A DNA stretch of 64,000 nucleotides from Tubiluchus corallicola (taxonomy: Eukaryota > Animalia > Priapulida): contig JAQGDQ010000071.1 of the NCBI GenBank assembly GCA_030141605.1, positions 413,605-477,604 of the forward strand. The letters run 5' to 3'. The position numbers and the translations under genes are program-made. Each line of letters opens with the position of its first letter. Position 1 is the stretch's first letter. Below, piece by piece: positions 11,442 through 33,554 of the stretch. The notes under the pieces are model-generated. The model worked only from the letters and a program-made list of their open reading frames with translations. It had not been told where the DNA came from and did not search any database.

Positions 11442-11721
11442 CCGTAATTGTGTATAAGCAGATGCGCGTGATATACAAGAATTGCAAACTTGCTACATAG
11501 GAACATGTACTAATGCGTATAAATTGTCCTCAAATACCAGTAAAATCCACACTAAGTTTCGTTTATTAACAATCAGTATGCAAATCAGTAACAACAGTAT
11601 ACAAACATGTTTAATATTAGCCTATATCGATTCGATTTTTTTACTTTTTCAAGAACGGAAGTGAACGAGTTAAAAAAAGACAAAAATTCGGATTTCCGTG
11701 ATAAGTAATCTAGCTTGTCGC

Positions 11722-11945
11722 CTAGAATTCACAAATATACGGAAATTTTGCTGTATCACACGAGAAGTCATTCCACGTGTTCCCATTTGCCCGCAAGATG
11801 GCGCAGCTTTCGCCATCGCCGTAATTTTCTGGTTGGCCATCTGCTACATCCCAAGAAGTAAAAAGGGCAGGTCGACCTGTTGCAAACCACCTCCAGTCAC
11901 CCTCCTCGTGTATGTCCATTAAACCAATCCAAAAATGCTCACCAG
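11722..11945 (-). CDS. C-type lectin domain, terminal exon (upstream exons not confidently found)
   Basis: HFWIGL...GDWRW...W...QPEN...ESCA...WNDFSC...YICEF*: WIGL, WND and the Cys pattern of a CTLD. AG acceptor at 11946-11947. Confidence 0.8.
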
Positions 11946-12542
11946 CTTTATTAAAAACAAAATATAATTAATATTAAATTTGGTTATTTACCATTATATT
12001 TTCATATAATATAACAGTTATTTAACTTTTATACATTCCTCGGCAATTATAACGTACTTTACCACTCCCATGAAACACTAAAATAACAAATATTACCAGT
12101 GATTTTTTTGAAATTTTTTTGCTCAAACAGCCTGCAGAAAAAAACGTTCTGACGGCACCTGGTGGGACTCTCGAAGGGAGATATACAGCTCTTTAGAAAG
12201 GGGAAGAACAGGGCTATACGATGATGTGGGCTATATTAGGACACGTCCATCAAGAGCAGTGACGACGACTTAATTAGATGTTCTATTTTTGGCAATTTTC
12301 GCTTGGAAAACTGCTGACGCAAAGCCATTGTTGTGACGTCATCCATTATACTCTGCCTGTAACTTTAATTCAGTAAAAGCTTCTGGCTTTGCGTTAGATA
12401 AACAGACAAACACTAGGTAGAATGTTTGCGCATATTTGATTATGAGTGGATTTATAAGCAAAATTTTTTTGCGGGGCCTTTGCTAGTTTGTTTATTAATT
12501 CACTCAATCGTTTATTCACACACAATCATTCATTCATTTATT

Positions 12543-12710
12543 CAGTTAGTCAGTCAGTCAGTCAGTCAGTCAGTCAGTCAGTCAGTCAGTCAGTCAGTCA
12601 GTCAGTCAGTCAGTCAGTCAGTCAGTCAGTCATTCGGTCGGTCGGTCGGTCGGTCGGTCGGTCGGTCAGTCGGTCGGTCGGTCAGTCAGTCAGTCAGTCA
12701 GTCAGTCATT
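12543..12710. repeat. (CAGT)n/(CGGT)n microsatellite
   Basis: Visible tetranucleotide runs. Confidence 0.95.
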
Positions 12711-13434
12711 CGTTCACTCATTCAGTAAATAATTTAAAAAACTTACAATTACTTATTTATTTGTGTGATTTATCTGCAGACAATTAAGACAAAATCAATA
12801 TTCAAGCTACGAAGAAATAAAAACACAAATAGATAAACAGACAAAATGACACAAAACATACAAATAGTGTAATCTTCAAGAATCACGAAATTGTAATGTG
12901 ACATGCAATGACATAATCGATGAAAAGTTGATCCAAGTTACTCCAAGGTCTTGCATAACCTCACATTTGGTCACTCACTAGCGGAGACGAAAGGTATGCA
13001 TCTGAGAAATAATGGGTAAAAGCCCAAGGAGTCAAATCAAATATTGCAAACTGCAGCAATTATCATTTTGAATTTGCCAATGATTGCTTGATTTACTATA
13101 ATAGTTATTTCAGTTGAGAGCTTTACAAGTTGTACAAGATGTACTCAAAAACTAATCACGTACAGTCAAGATGTACACGCTACAGAATCTCCTAGTAAGA
13201 CTGCTATTCGTTGTTAATTATTACTAGTAAATTAGTTAATTCCAGTTCTTATCGGTTTAGCATGTCCCATTAACTTGGAAAATGGTCAAACGTAACACAT
13301 TTCTCATTTGTATTTTTCTCATAGGAATATATGATGGCAGCGAAGACAACTCTCTAATCCAATGCTGTTTTATCGTACACCTGGTTTTACTAGATTATGA
13401 ATACTATAAATACTACTTGTGCTGTGCCGAGCAA

Positions 13435-13554
13435 GCTACAGCCAAATCACGTTGAAAACACCGGTTTTCGTCTGATCCCCAAAGTTAAGTAATGTAGAGA
13501 CCCTGGTTAGTACTTGGATGGGTGACCGCCTAGGAATACTACGTGCTGTTGACT
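13435..13554 (+). pseudogene. Degenerate, chimeric 5S rRNA copy
   Basis: The 5' part (CAAATCACGTTGAA) matches the 11.3-kb type, while the 3' part and downstream spacer match the array type. It lacks the array upstream flank and has several helix mismatches. Confidence 0.8.
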
Positions 13555-14200
13555 TTTTTGCTAGTGCCTATTAACTATTGAAGTGTGTGCACAACACGAC
13601 CATTTCATTTTTGCAGAATTGTTTCTGACTTTTGGAAGTAGAAGTGATAGGAATAAGTGTCTGTCTGAACATTATTTTGATTTTTATTTGCTTTGCATTT
13701 TAATGTCTAAAACTATCTATTTGTTACGTTTCTCAAATACTACACACAAAAATTCAAAACAGATACTTTGTTACTACGTTCACCTTAATCTATCTATTAT
13801 TTCTATATTATCTCTTTTAACGAAATACAGAAGTTACGCAACCTCGAACCTGGTTTGGTTTTGCGTTTGAATGGGTGACTGCCCGGGACTGACATTTTTT
13901 TAAATGGTCAGGAAGGCTGATGACAAAAGCTGTAAAATCTTCTTCAACACTCAAAAATGGATTTTTGTTCTGACTGATATTTTTAAATGAAGGATCTCTT
14001 TGCTTGTTCATGCTTGATCATTCCCATGTTTAATTATGTCATATTTAGAAGGTAATAGACTTGAGCACGGTATTTTAACATCTCTGATATTTTAGAATTT
14101 CATATGATATTTCTATTTATACTTTGCATTAAAATACTAAAAAGGTTTGTTTATTCATGTACATCATTTCTATGTTAACTCATCTTAAGAAACTGCTAAT

Positions 14201-14319
14201 GTCTACGGCCATATTACATTGAATACACCGGTTCTCGTCTGATCACCGAAGTTAAGCAATGCAGAGTGTGGTTAGTACTTGGATAGGGGACCGCCTAGGA
14301 ATACCACGTGCTGTAGACT
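14201..14319 (+). rRNA. 5S rRNA gene, last array copy (several substitutions)
   Basis: Full length with array flanks and a T-run terminator; Box C variant GGATAGGG. Confidence 0.88.
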
Positions 14320-15025
14320 TTTTTGCTAGAGTGATTATTAACAATCAAAGTGTGTGCACAACACGACCATATCATTTTGACAGTATTGTTTTTGATTTTT
14401 GGAAGTTGAAGTGGTGGAAATAAATGTCTGTCTCGACATTACGTTGATTTTTTTTGGCATTTTAATGTGAAAGACTATCTATTTGTTACGTTTCTCGAAT
14501 ATCACACAAAGTGAACAAAAATGAAAATAAAACTAGAAAATCAGCCACTGCCCTTCAAAAATTATTTTTGATTTTCATATAAAAATTCAAAACAGATACT
14601 TTGTTCCTACGTTCACCTTAATCTATCTATTATTTCTATATTATCTCTCTTTAACGAAATGCAGAAGTTAAGCAATCTCGAACCTGGTTTTGCGTTTGAA
14701 TGGGTGACTGTCCGGGAATTCTGGTATTGCTAACTTCTTAACTTGGTGCTTAAATTTTTTTTAAATGGTCAGGAAGGGTGATGACAAATGCTGTAAAATC
14801 TTCTGCACCACTCAAAAATGGATTTTTGTTCTGACTGATATTTTTAAATGTGTATTCTTTTTGCTTGTTCATGCTTGATCATTCCCATGTTTAATTGCGT
14901 CATATTTAAAAGATAATATACTTGAGCACGGTATTTGAACCTCCCCGATACTTTATAATTTCATGTGATATTTTTATTTATACTTTGCATTACAATACTA
15001 AGAAGGTTTGCTCGTTCATGTATAA

Positions 15026-15351
15026 TGTTACAGAGGCACCTGTGTCGGGTGTAGGGCCCTCTACACGCCCTGCTTTCACGTCAGCAGCGACTCACCCCTT
15101 TTTTGTAGGTCCAGACGTCTTGTTTGGGCCTACACGTGGTGGAAGAAGCCAGCAGCCCTGGAATGCCAGTAAAAAAGCGTGTAGAGGTCACTAGAGCCTT
15201 GATTTGTGACACAGCTGCTCCTCGGGCGTAGTGCTGTTACTTAGCTATTTTTTGTGTGTGTATTTTGTTCCCCTATAAGTGCTGGTAATAAACTCCGTAC
15301 AGTGTAATTTTTGTGTTTTATATTGTGAGAGTTAAATGACATGCTATAACA
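15026..15351 (+). mobile_element. LTR-like segment that terminates the 5S array
   Basis: TGTTA...TAACA inverted termini, internal AATAAA at ~15287, higher GC than flanks; no target-site duplication seen. Confidence 0.45.
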
Positions 15352-15435
15352 GGTATCTGGTATTAGTTCACAGATATTAGCTTAATTAATTAGCATAACA
15401 TTTATAATTAAAAGTAACATTTGTAGTTAAGTACT

Positions 15436-15808
15436 CAGGGCCTCTTTCAGCTTAAGAGAGGCCCGGGAAAGTGGGGCGTGTGAGGCCCCCTCGAGGGGGA
15501 GGGCAAAGCGCCCAGAAAAATTTTGAACTGCTAGAACGCCGGAGAAGCATTTTCGAAGAGAAAACATGGAGTTACACAGTTGTTAAAGGAAAGAACAATT
15601 GAAAGAAAAACTGCTTTATTCTCAAAACCAGTCCTTAATACTTGTCAATACTGGCAAACGGCGCGCGTGCGGCAAGAGAGAGAGAGGGGGGAGCGGAGGA
15701 AGTATGTTCGCATAAAGCAAAAAAATGTTACCTTGGCATCAGGCCCCCTGGAGGGTGAGGCCCCGGGGAATTGTCCCCACTTAACCCCCCCCCCTAAAAT
15801 AGGGCCTG
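15436..15808. mobile_element. hAT-type MITE
   Basis: Perfect 8-bp TSD TAAGTACT (15428-15435, 15809-15816); imperfect TIR CAGGGCCTCTTT / AAATAGGGCCTG. Confidence 0.85.
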
Positions 15809-16217
15809 TAAGTACTCAATTACATACCGATACAAAATGGGTCTTCATGAACTATTTTCATCAGCATCTTGCAAGGTTAATGACTCGAAAGAAATCTAAT
15901 GTTGCACAGTTATGCTTTTGCTGAATAGTTTGTCAGATTTAATTTGGATCAAGAGTTGTGTACGTATGATACAAAATGTTCAGTTAGCAAGTAAATGGTT
16001 TCCTTCAAGACTTGACAGAGAACGTTTGTAGAACTTCACCATATTTAAAACCATAAAAAATTAAATTAATATTGTTAGTGGCAACTCACAAACGATGTTC
16101 AAAAATTGGTTAAAAGTAATTTTATTCACATCCATTATATACAGCTTTATTAAAAGTATGTTATTCATAATATTCATAATGTTATTCACAAGTAGGCTTA
16201 TAGCATGCTTAAAACTG

Positions 16218-16220
16218 TTG

Positions 16221-16252
<32 letters not shown>

Positions 16253-16388
16253 TGTGTGTGTGTGCATGCGTGTGCATGCGTGAGTGCGTGCGTGTGTGTG
16301 TGTGTGCGTGCGTGCATACGTGTGTGTGTGTGTGTGTGTGTGCATGCGTGTGTGTGTGTGTGTGTGTGTGCATGTGTGTGCATGTGTG

Positions 16389-16428
<40 letters not shown>

Positions 16429-16488
16429 TGCATGCATACGTGTGTGTGTGTGCGTGTGTGCGTACGTGTGCGTACGTATGCGTGCGTG
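16218..16488. repeat. (TG)n/(TGCG)n microsatellite just 3' of CYP gene A
   Basis: Visible; source of the His/Thr and Cys/Val ORFs. Confidence 0.96.
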
Positions 16489-16499
16489 TTTATAGTTTC

Positions 16500-27040
<10,541 letters not shown>

Positions 27041-27379
27041 GACGGTAAAATAATTTTTTATGTTAAAATATTCATACACACATACATACATACATACACA
27101 CGGAAGGCGTCGACCACGTGACGCAGCTTTGTAAATACTGTACTATCTCGATTATAAGACCCTAGAAACTGCGCTAGTACCTACTGCGCATTCCTGGGTA
27201 AATGGCCTTGAGTGGCGTTTATTGATTTGGAACTTATTTACATTAGTAAACATAATACGGACTCCTGGTTCCACAGCCAGCACGCTATACGAAATAGACA
27301 GCTCTGCTTGCCAACTGGAGTTAGGTTCGCTACTCTGAAACTGCAATATAAAAATTCTGTTTTGTTATCAGCAATAACA
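27041..27379. promoter_or_regulatory. Shared divergent promoter region of CYP genes A and B
   Basis: ATGs are 339 bp apart on opposite strands. Contains CACGTG (27115-27120), GTGACGCAGC (27118-27127) and CACGCTA (27281-27287). Confidence 0.6.
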
Positions 27380-30096
27380 ATGTTTCCAACGTTGCTCATC
27401 GCGGCAGTTTTGCTCATTTTGTTACTATTTGTATGGCAGTGGAAGAAACGTCCCGAAGGGGCACCGCCGGGCCCTGTGGGCTGGCCCATCGTTGGTTCGA
27501 TGTTCTCAATGGGAAAGGACCCAACCGCGTATTTTGAAAAGCTCACAAAACGGTATGGCAACATTTTCGGGCTGTACATAGGACCAACTTTCAACGTGGT
27601 CATCAACGATTTTGAAACGGGTCGTGAAGCTTTTCTGAAACATGGAGATGTATTTTCTGGAAGGTTCGAAAGTTTTACAATCGGTGAAATTATGGGAGAC
27701 GATGAAATGCGTGGTAAGTACTGCGATCATATAGCATTTGTAGTTGTGTTTTTAAAGAACCGCTTTCTTAATGTCTAATTTATATATTCAAAAAGCCAAG
27801 ATTTCTTTGATCTTGAACAAGTGATTTAAAATATCAGAGACCTTTGCAAAAAAGCTTGAAAATTTTGGTATGTTAACTTATGTAGTTTATAAATCCATCC
27901 AAGTTAGCAAACGAGTATGGTGGGGAAGTTACACAAATTCCATCCTCACAGTAGTTGCAAAACAGTTGTGTTAGCTTAATGAAGTTATCTTAATTTTACA
28001 TACTATTAACAAATAATAGTCTTTCTATCTTTTATATCATCCTATATATATCAGCTTGATTCATTACAGCATTCCATTTTAAGCACTAATGTTTTTTTAA
28101 TCACGATTCACTTTAAATTTTCAGATTATCTCCATTACTTTTTTTCTATCACTGTGTGGGACAATCTAACAAGCCCTGCATTTTGATTGTCCTCAACACA
28201 TTTACCTTCGTATATAAGTGAACGGTGTATGAGGCTTTTCCTGTGCAGTATTTCTTATTTGTATTATGTTCATTGTAAGCTCTTTCACTAGATATTGTAC
28301 ATGAAACTATTGTAAATGTGTAATGTGAAATAGATGACCTATGACTATTCGAGAATAGTACTGCAAACAATGAAGCATTGTGTAATACAGGTATGCAACT
28401 ATTTGCTTCATTGGACGTGGACGCTTCAGGTAATTTTGCTAGCCGTATACCTAAAACTTAATCACTAAATTCTTTCGAAGAAAGTCAATAATTCAATATT
28501 ACGACCCAATAATTCAGGGATATTGGTTGGTTGATTGATTTTGCAACATAGATTGTGAACAACATTATTGCTAGATCCTGTTATCCTGTTATGCAACTTA
28601 AACATCTAATAAGAAACTACAATCCAAAGAGACTAAACAATAAACACTGGACAGTGAAAAGCAAGAAATTACTGTAACATTGTTTGCAAAGTTATTTCAT
28701 CATGTAAGTGTGAACAGGCCCTAATGTTGCACTTTTGGATTACAGGGCTTGTGATGTCAGAAGGAAGACGATGGAAAGAACAGAGAAAATTTGCTCTGAG
28801 TAAACTCAAAGAGTTTGGAATGGGAAAGATTAGCTTGGAGAAGAAGATAAAAGAAGAAATATCAGCCTTTCTGAACGAGCTAAAGGATAAGGAAGGCAAA
28901 CCTTTCGATCCTAAACTATATCTTTCAAATACAATTTCAAATGTCATATGTTCCATAGTATTTGGAAACCGTTACGAATACGATGACTCGGCATTTATCA
29001 AGTTAATGGACTACATTGCTCAAGATGTCCAAAATCCTGACATTACTGGGTTTATTGATGTCTTTCCGTGGCTGAGGTATCTCCCAGGATTTAGATCAAG
29101 GTGGGTCAGACGATCTTACTCATCGTGCAAAACCTGTTGTAGCTAAATTAGGAAACAATCTCATTCATGAAGCGCTATTGGCCATTTTGAGCATTTTTTG
29201 GCATTTTTGTTTAACAATCAGTAATTTATTACACTGAAACTACTGATTTTTTGGTGTAGTAGGCTCACATATTTCTTCTTATTCGAGTAGTTTGGTTTCA
29301 TCTAAAGTTGTTCCTTTGTTCGTGAGGTGGCAGAGACTGATTGGTAATTGATTACTAGTCGATTGTCGATTGATCACCAAAAAAGCCAATCCCCGAATGG
29401 TAACACATTTGCGCAAATATTCGTTGCCAATACAGCTCTTCTGTGTTCTAGCGTCAACCTTAGCATTTACTCTCTTTGTTACCAGATGTCCAATTTATAG
29501 AAATCCGGTAATTGTTACAAATTTAGTTACGGTTAACTTTAGAACATTGTTAATTTTTGACATGTGTTACCAGTTATCAATTTCTTTATGCGCGTAGAGT
29601 GTCCGTTCTTACATGCTCTTACAATAAGCCAGTGATTATTAATACCATTTAATTCTTGATGTTTAAAAGTCACCCTGTTCGTTTGTGTGCCTGGCCTTGA
29701 ATCCTGCCGCGGCCGCACTAGGCTAAAAATAAAACAACAATATATTTTGTGGAAATAGAGAGCTTCTTTTCAACAAAAATAGATCTCCAGACCATTAAGC
29801 CACTGGTTACTCTTTGTAGATCAAAGGCTACTAGGTTATGGACTTTGGTCAGAATATTTACCTACATGATAGTCTATTAACGCTAAATTCAACAACATAA
29901 ATATAAATAGTGTTGATTGGCGTTTAAATGTTTGGGAACATTGATTATTACGTGTATTATCTGTTACGTGTTAAAGATTGATAAACAGCGATTTTGACTC
30001 TGTTCTTTTCTTATGCATATAAGTAAAAACCGAATGCCTTCATTTCAATCAGTGGTGTTGAAAAAGTAAAAATACTTCGAGTTATTTGTTCAGTAA

Positions 30097-30876
30097 AGCT
30101 CATTTCACAGCGAGGACGCAAAGAAAAATGACGTACGGAACTGCTGTCAGAAAATCAGAAAATATTTATGAAAATTTCCAATTTTTCTCGAAATCCCATT
30201 TACATGCAGCAAGGTAGTTCATTTCACAGTGAAATTGCGCGGTTTTTTCCGCACGCGCAGTTAACTCAACTTAACTGCAACTACTTCGCAAGTTTTATAC
30301 TGTATAATCATGTTTAAATTAAGTTTTGCTTACCGAATTTCTCATATGCAAAGTACAATTAGCAAAAGTATTTATTAATCAAAGTATTTTTACACCTGTT
30401 TGTTTTTAGTAAAGTTTTACTAATGACTTCAAAATCTAAAAATATACATGTACAGTATAACATAAATATATTCGTTATTTTTGTTTTTACGAATATAGCC
30501 ATCGATGTTGCATTAAAAAAACACAAAATCGTCAGTCTGTTAAAGGAGAAATTAAATCTTAGAAATTAAATCTGCTGAAACGTGTTAATTGTTGTTCGTT
30601 AAATAAGAAACAATTAACAAAGTAGTTAAATTAAAGACTGAATTCTACGAGAATTCTTCAAGAAAATGGAACATACAGGCAAAATTCCTTACGAGGAGGA
30701 CGCATAGCTGCTAGCTGGCAGCAGAATTCCCCAAGAGGAATTGCACGAGGAATTTTGCTGCGCGTCCTCACTGTGAAAGGCGCCATAGAAAACAATGTGT
30801 TTCATTTTCGCGAGGAATTCCTCAAAGAATTTCTCCTCTAGGCATTCTGTTGCGCGTCTTCACTGTGAAATGGGCC
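30097..30876. mobile_element. Non-autonomous DNA transposon, PIF/Harbinger-like
   Basis: TIR AGCTCATTTCACAGCGAGGACGC / GCGTCTTCACTGTGAAATGGGCC, subterminal repeats, TAA/TCA 3-bp flanks. Confidence 0.6.
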
Positions 30877-31166
30877 TCAGCTTTCCTAGAAATTAACTGC
30901 TTAGTCATCATTATTTCAGATACAAGAAGTTCATGGAAAATGAATTTCACATTATGGACTTTATAAAAAGCCATGTGGACGAACACACGAAAACGTACAA
31001 TCCAGATGACTTTGTTTCTCTTATTTAATGAAAATCCATTGTATTAATTCCAAATCCATTCCAGTAACCTAATATTGTACTCTAACTGTAATGGTGACAA
31101 AATTTTTACATTGGCTTTTGATTATAATGTCTCTAAGCTTTTTTGAGCTGTTTTGTACCTCTCTGA

Positions 31167-31773
31167 GTAAGCAAGACAGGACGATTTTTCATATACTACC
31201 CCATTTTCAACACTGATAAAAAGTACACATTTTTAGACAATTAATACTACAAACGCATTTCTGATAATTAAATAATAGATTACAAACTTAATTAACGGCA
31301 GGCGAGCCCAACTATTCATGACATCACAAATTAACATAATTTTCAACAACAAAAATATTCCACGAGTGTGTTGCACGTGTTTGCGAAAGCAAAAATTGAA
31401 GTACAATGCTACTGTAAAATATTCAGCAAGTTTTAAGATAAAAATTCAAATTTCAAATATACCGCTGTGATCACGTATGAGCTTTCGAAACGGTGTACGT
31501 TTGTCACAGACTAGCACATTTGAACTGAGAGGTACAGCACCCGTTTTTTGTGCAATGCGTTTCCCAAATGCAGGTGCTAATGCCCGTTTAACTAGCGAAA
31601 GGCGAAAGGCCTGTAACAGCGAAGAACTAGTGGTACGAACATGAAATTGTGTTTGTGTGGTAATAATTCTTTCACGTAAGTCATTTTTGAAAAAATAGTA
31701 TGTTTCCTTTCAATATTTGAAAGAGTTGATTGTTTTGACCTACAGTTTAAGATTGGATCCTGTTTTGCTTTAA
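31167..31773. mobile_element. ~600-bp non-autonomous TTAA-flanked element (Kolobok-like), copy 1
   Basis: Homologous to 45592-46170 and 59645-60221 (shared GTGGTAATAATTCTTTCACGTAAGTCATTTTTGAAAA). TIR AAGCAAGACAGG / CCTGTTTTGCTT followed by TAA. Confidence 0.7.
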
Positions 31774-33300
31774 TTTTGGTTGCAACCATGTTGACAAAGG
31801 ACGAGAATCGTGCAAACGACACAGTTTAGAGTAGAAATAAGTAAACGTGGAAAAGCAATTTCAAAAAGCACTTGAAGTCAAATTTTTAATAAGTGTAATC
31901 AATTTTAATGACGTTGTAGCAGTAAAATAAGATTTCTGACATGATCAGAAGAGAAATGAGTTAAACCCGAGTTGAGATGAGATGGCTTCTTCATTTTCAA
32001 TTCTGACACTAAAGAAATGTGTTTACAAGAAAAAAATCAAACAAAATATCAGAGACTTTTAATTCAAAAGTCGAGATGCAAGGTTATTTAATCAATTATT
32101 GTTCATATAAATTCACAACTAAACCTTGAAATATCTTAAATATGGGGCGATTTGACGTGACAGAGTTCCAGGTTAGCTCACTTCCCTTTTCTCTGCCTCT
32201 TTTAGCATGTTAAAAGGGTTCTAGCATATTAACAACTTCGAAAAATCACTCGAAACACTTAATTATTGTGACACTAATAGATAAATTCAGTAAAATACAA
32301 ATTATTGATTTTTTGCAATAATGGGTGCCAAATCTGTTAAAATAGTAAGTATTTAACTTTTTTTCAGTTAGTGAGCTTATGTGGGTTGCAGCAGACTGTT
32401 TCTTTGCTGGAACCGAAACCACGTCATCAACACTTTATTGGGCGTTTATTTACTTGCTGCATTATCCCGATGTACAGAAACGCGTGCAGAAAGAAATTGA
32501 TGACGTCATTGGAAAATCAAGGCTGCCATCTGTAGCCGACAAACCAAACATGCCTTTCACGGAAGCAACTTTAACTGAAATACAAAGAATGGGTAATGAA
32601 AGTGTTGGCAAAAATAAGAAATTTTTTGTTGACCATACTGATGATTTACAAACTATATTAACATTCATTGCTACTATCATCCTAATTTTCTAATTTTTTC
32701 CATGGCACTTTTTTCCATATATATGTAGCTTATATCATAGAACTTACAAAAAGGCTTTTAAAATGTTGTTTCGTATTTACATCCAGAGCTAAAGCAACAT
32801 GATACTAGTCATTTGTGATGGCCTGCAATTTTTGGTCTTTTGAAAGTAGTATTTTCAACACATTTTCAGGAAACATTGTACCACTTGGAGTACCACATTC
32901 CACTTCAAAAGAGGTGACGTTTCAAGGCTACAGAATACCAGCTCGTACGACTGTAATGTTGAACTTGACTGCCATCCATCAGGATCCGGTCATGTTTCCG
33001 GAACCTAATCACTTCCGTCCTGAACGCCATTTGAACGACAAAGGAGAGTTTGTAAAGAATGATGCAGTAATTCCATTTTCAGTTGGTGAGATTTATTTTA
33101 CACATAGAGAAAGAAGAAGAAAAAGAAAACCTTCTAATGGAGGGGGTGTGGGATAGATGGTTATAGCATCTATTTACAAAACCTCATCAGAAGGGAAGGA
33201 CAGGCAGATAGACCTTTTTTTCTTTCACCAATACATAACCAATTATCGGTTAAGTTTGAGTAAGGCTAGAAAGGTGATCAGAGTTTGCACAGGTGTTGAA

Positions 33301-33362
33301 ACTTGGATTCGAACCAAGAACCTCTGGATTGGCTTTCAGGTGTTGTAACCACACAGACACCT
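33301..33362 (-). mobile_element. tRNA-derived SINE head or tRNA pseudogene
   Basis: Minus strand has A-box-like GTGTGGTTA and B box GGTTCGAATCC at tRNA spacing; no acceptor stem. Confidence 0.5.
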
Positions 33363-33519
33363 GACACAAAGTAGAGCAATGTTTTGGTTATAGACATTTT
33401 ATTACTTGGAAGCAGCATACCTTTTGTTACACATTAACACCTGGTTAGGCAATGTGATGCGTCCACCATTGCATGCCACTAACCTCCAACACATCTAGCC
33501 CATTTTTCTAAAAAAGTGT

Positions 33520-33554
<35 letters not shown>

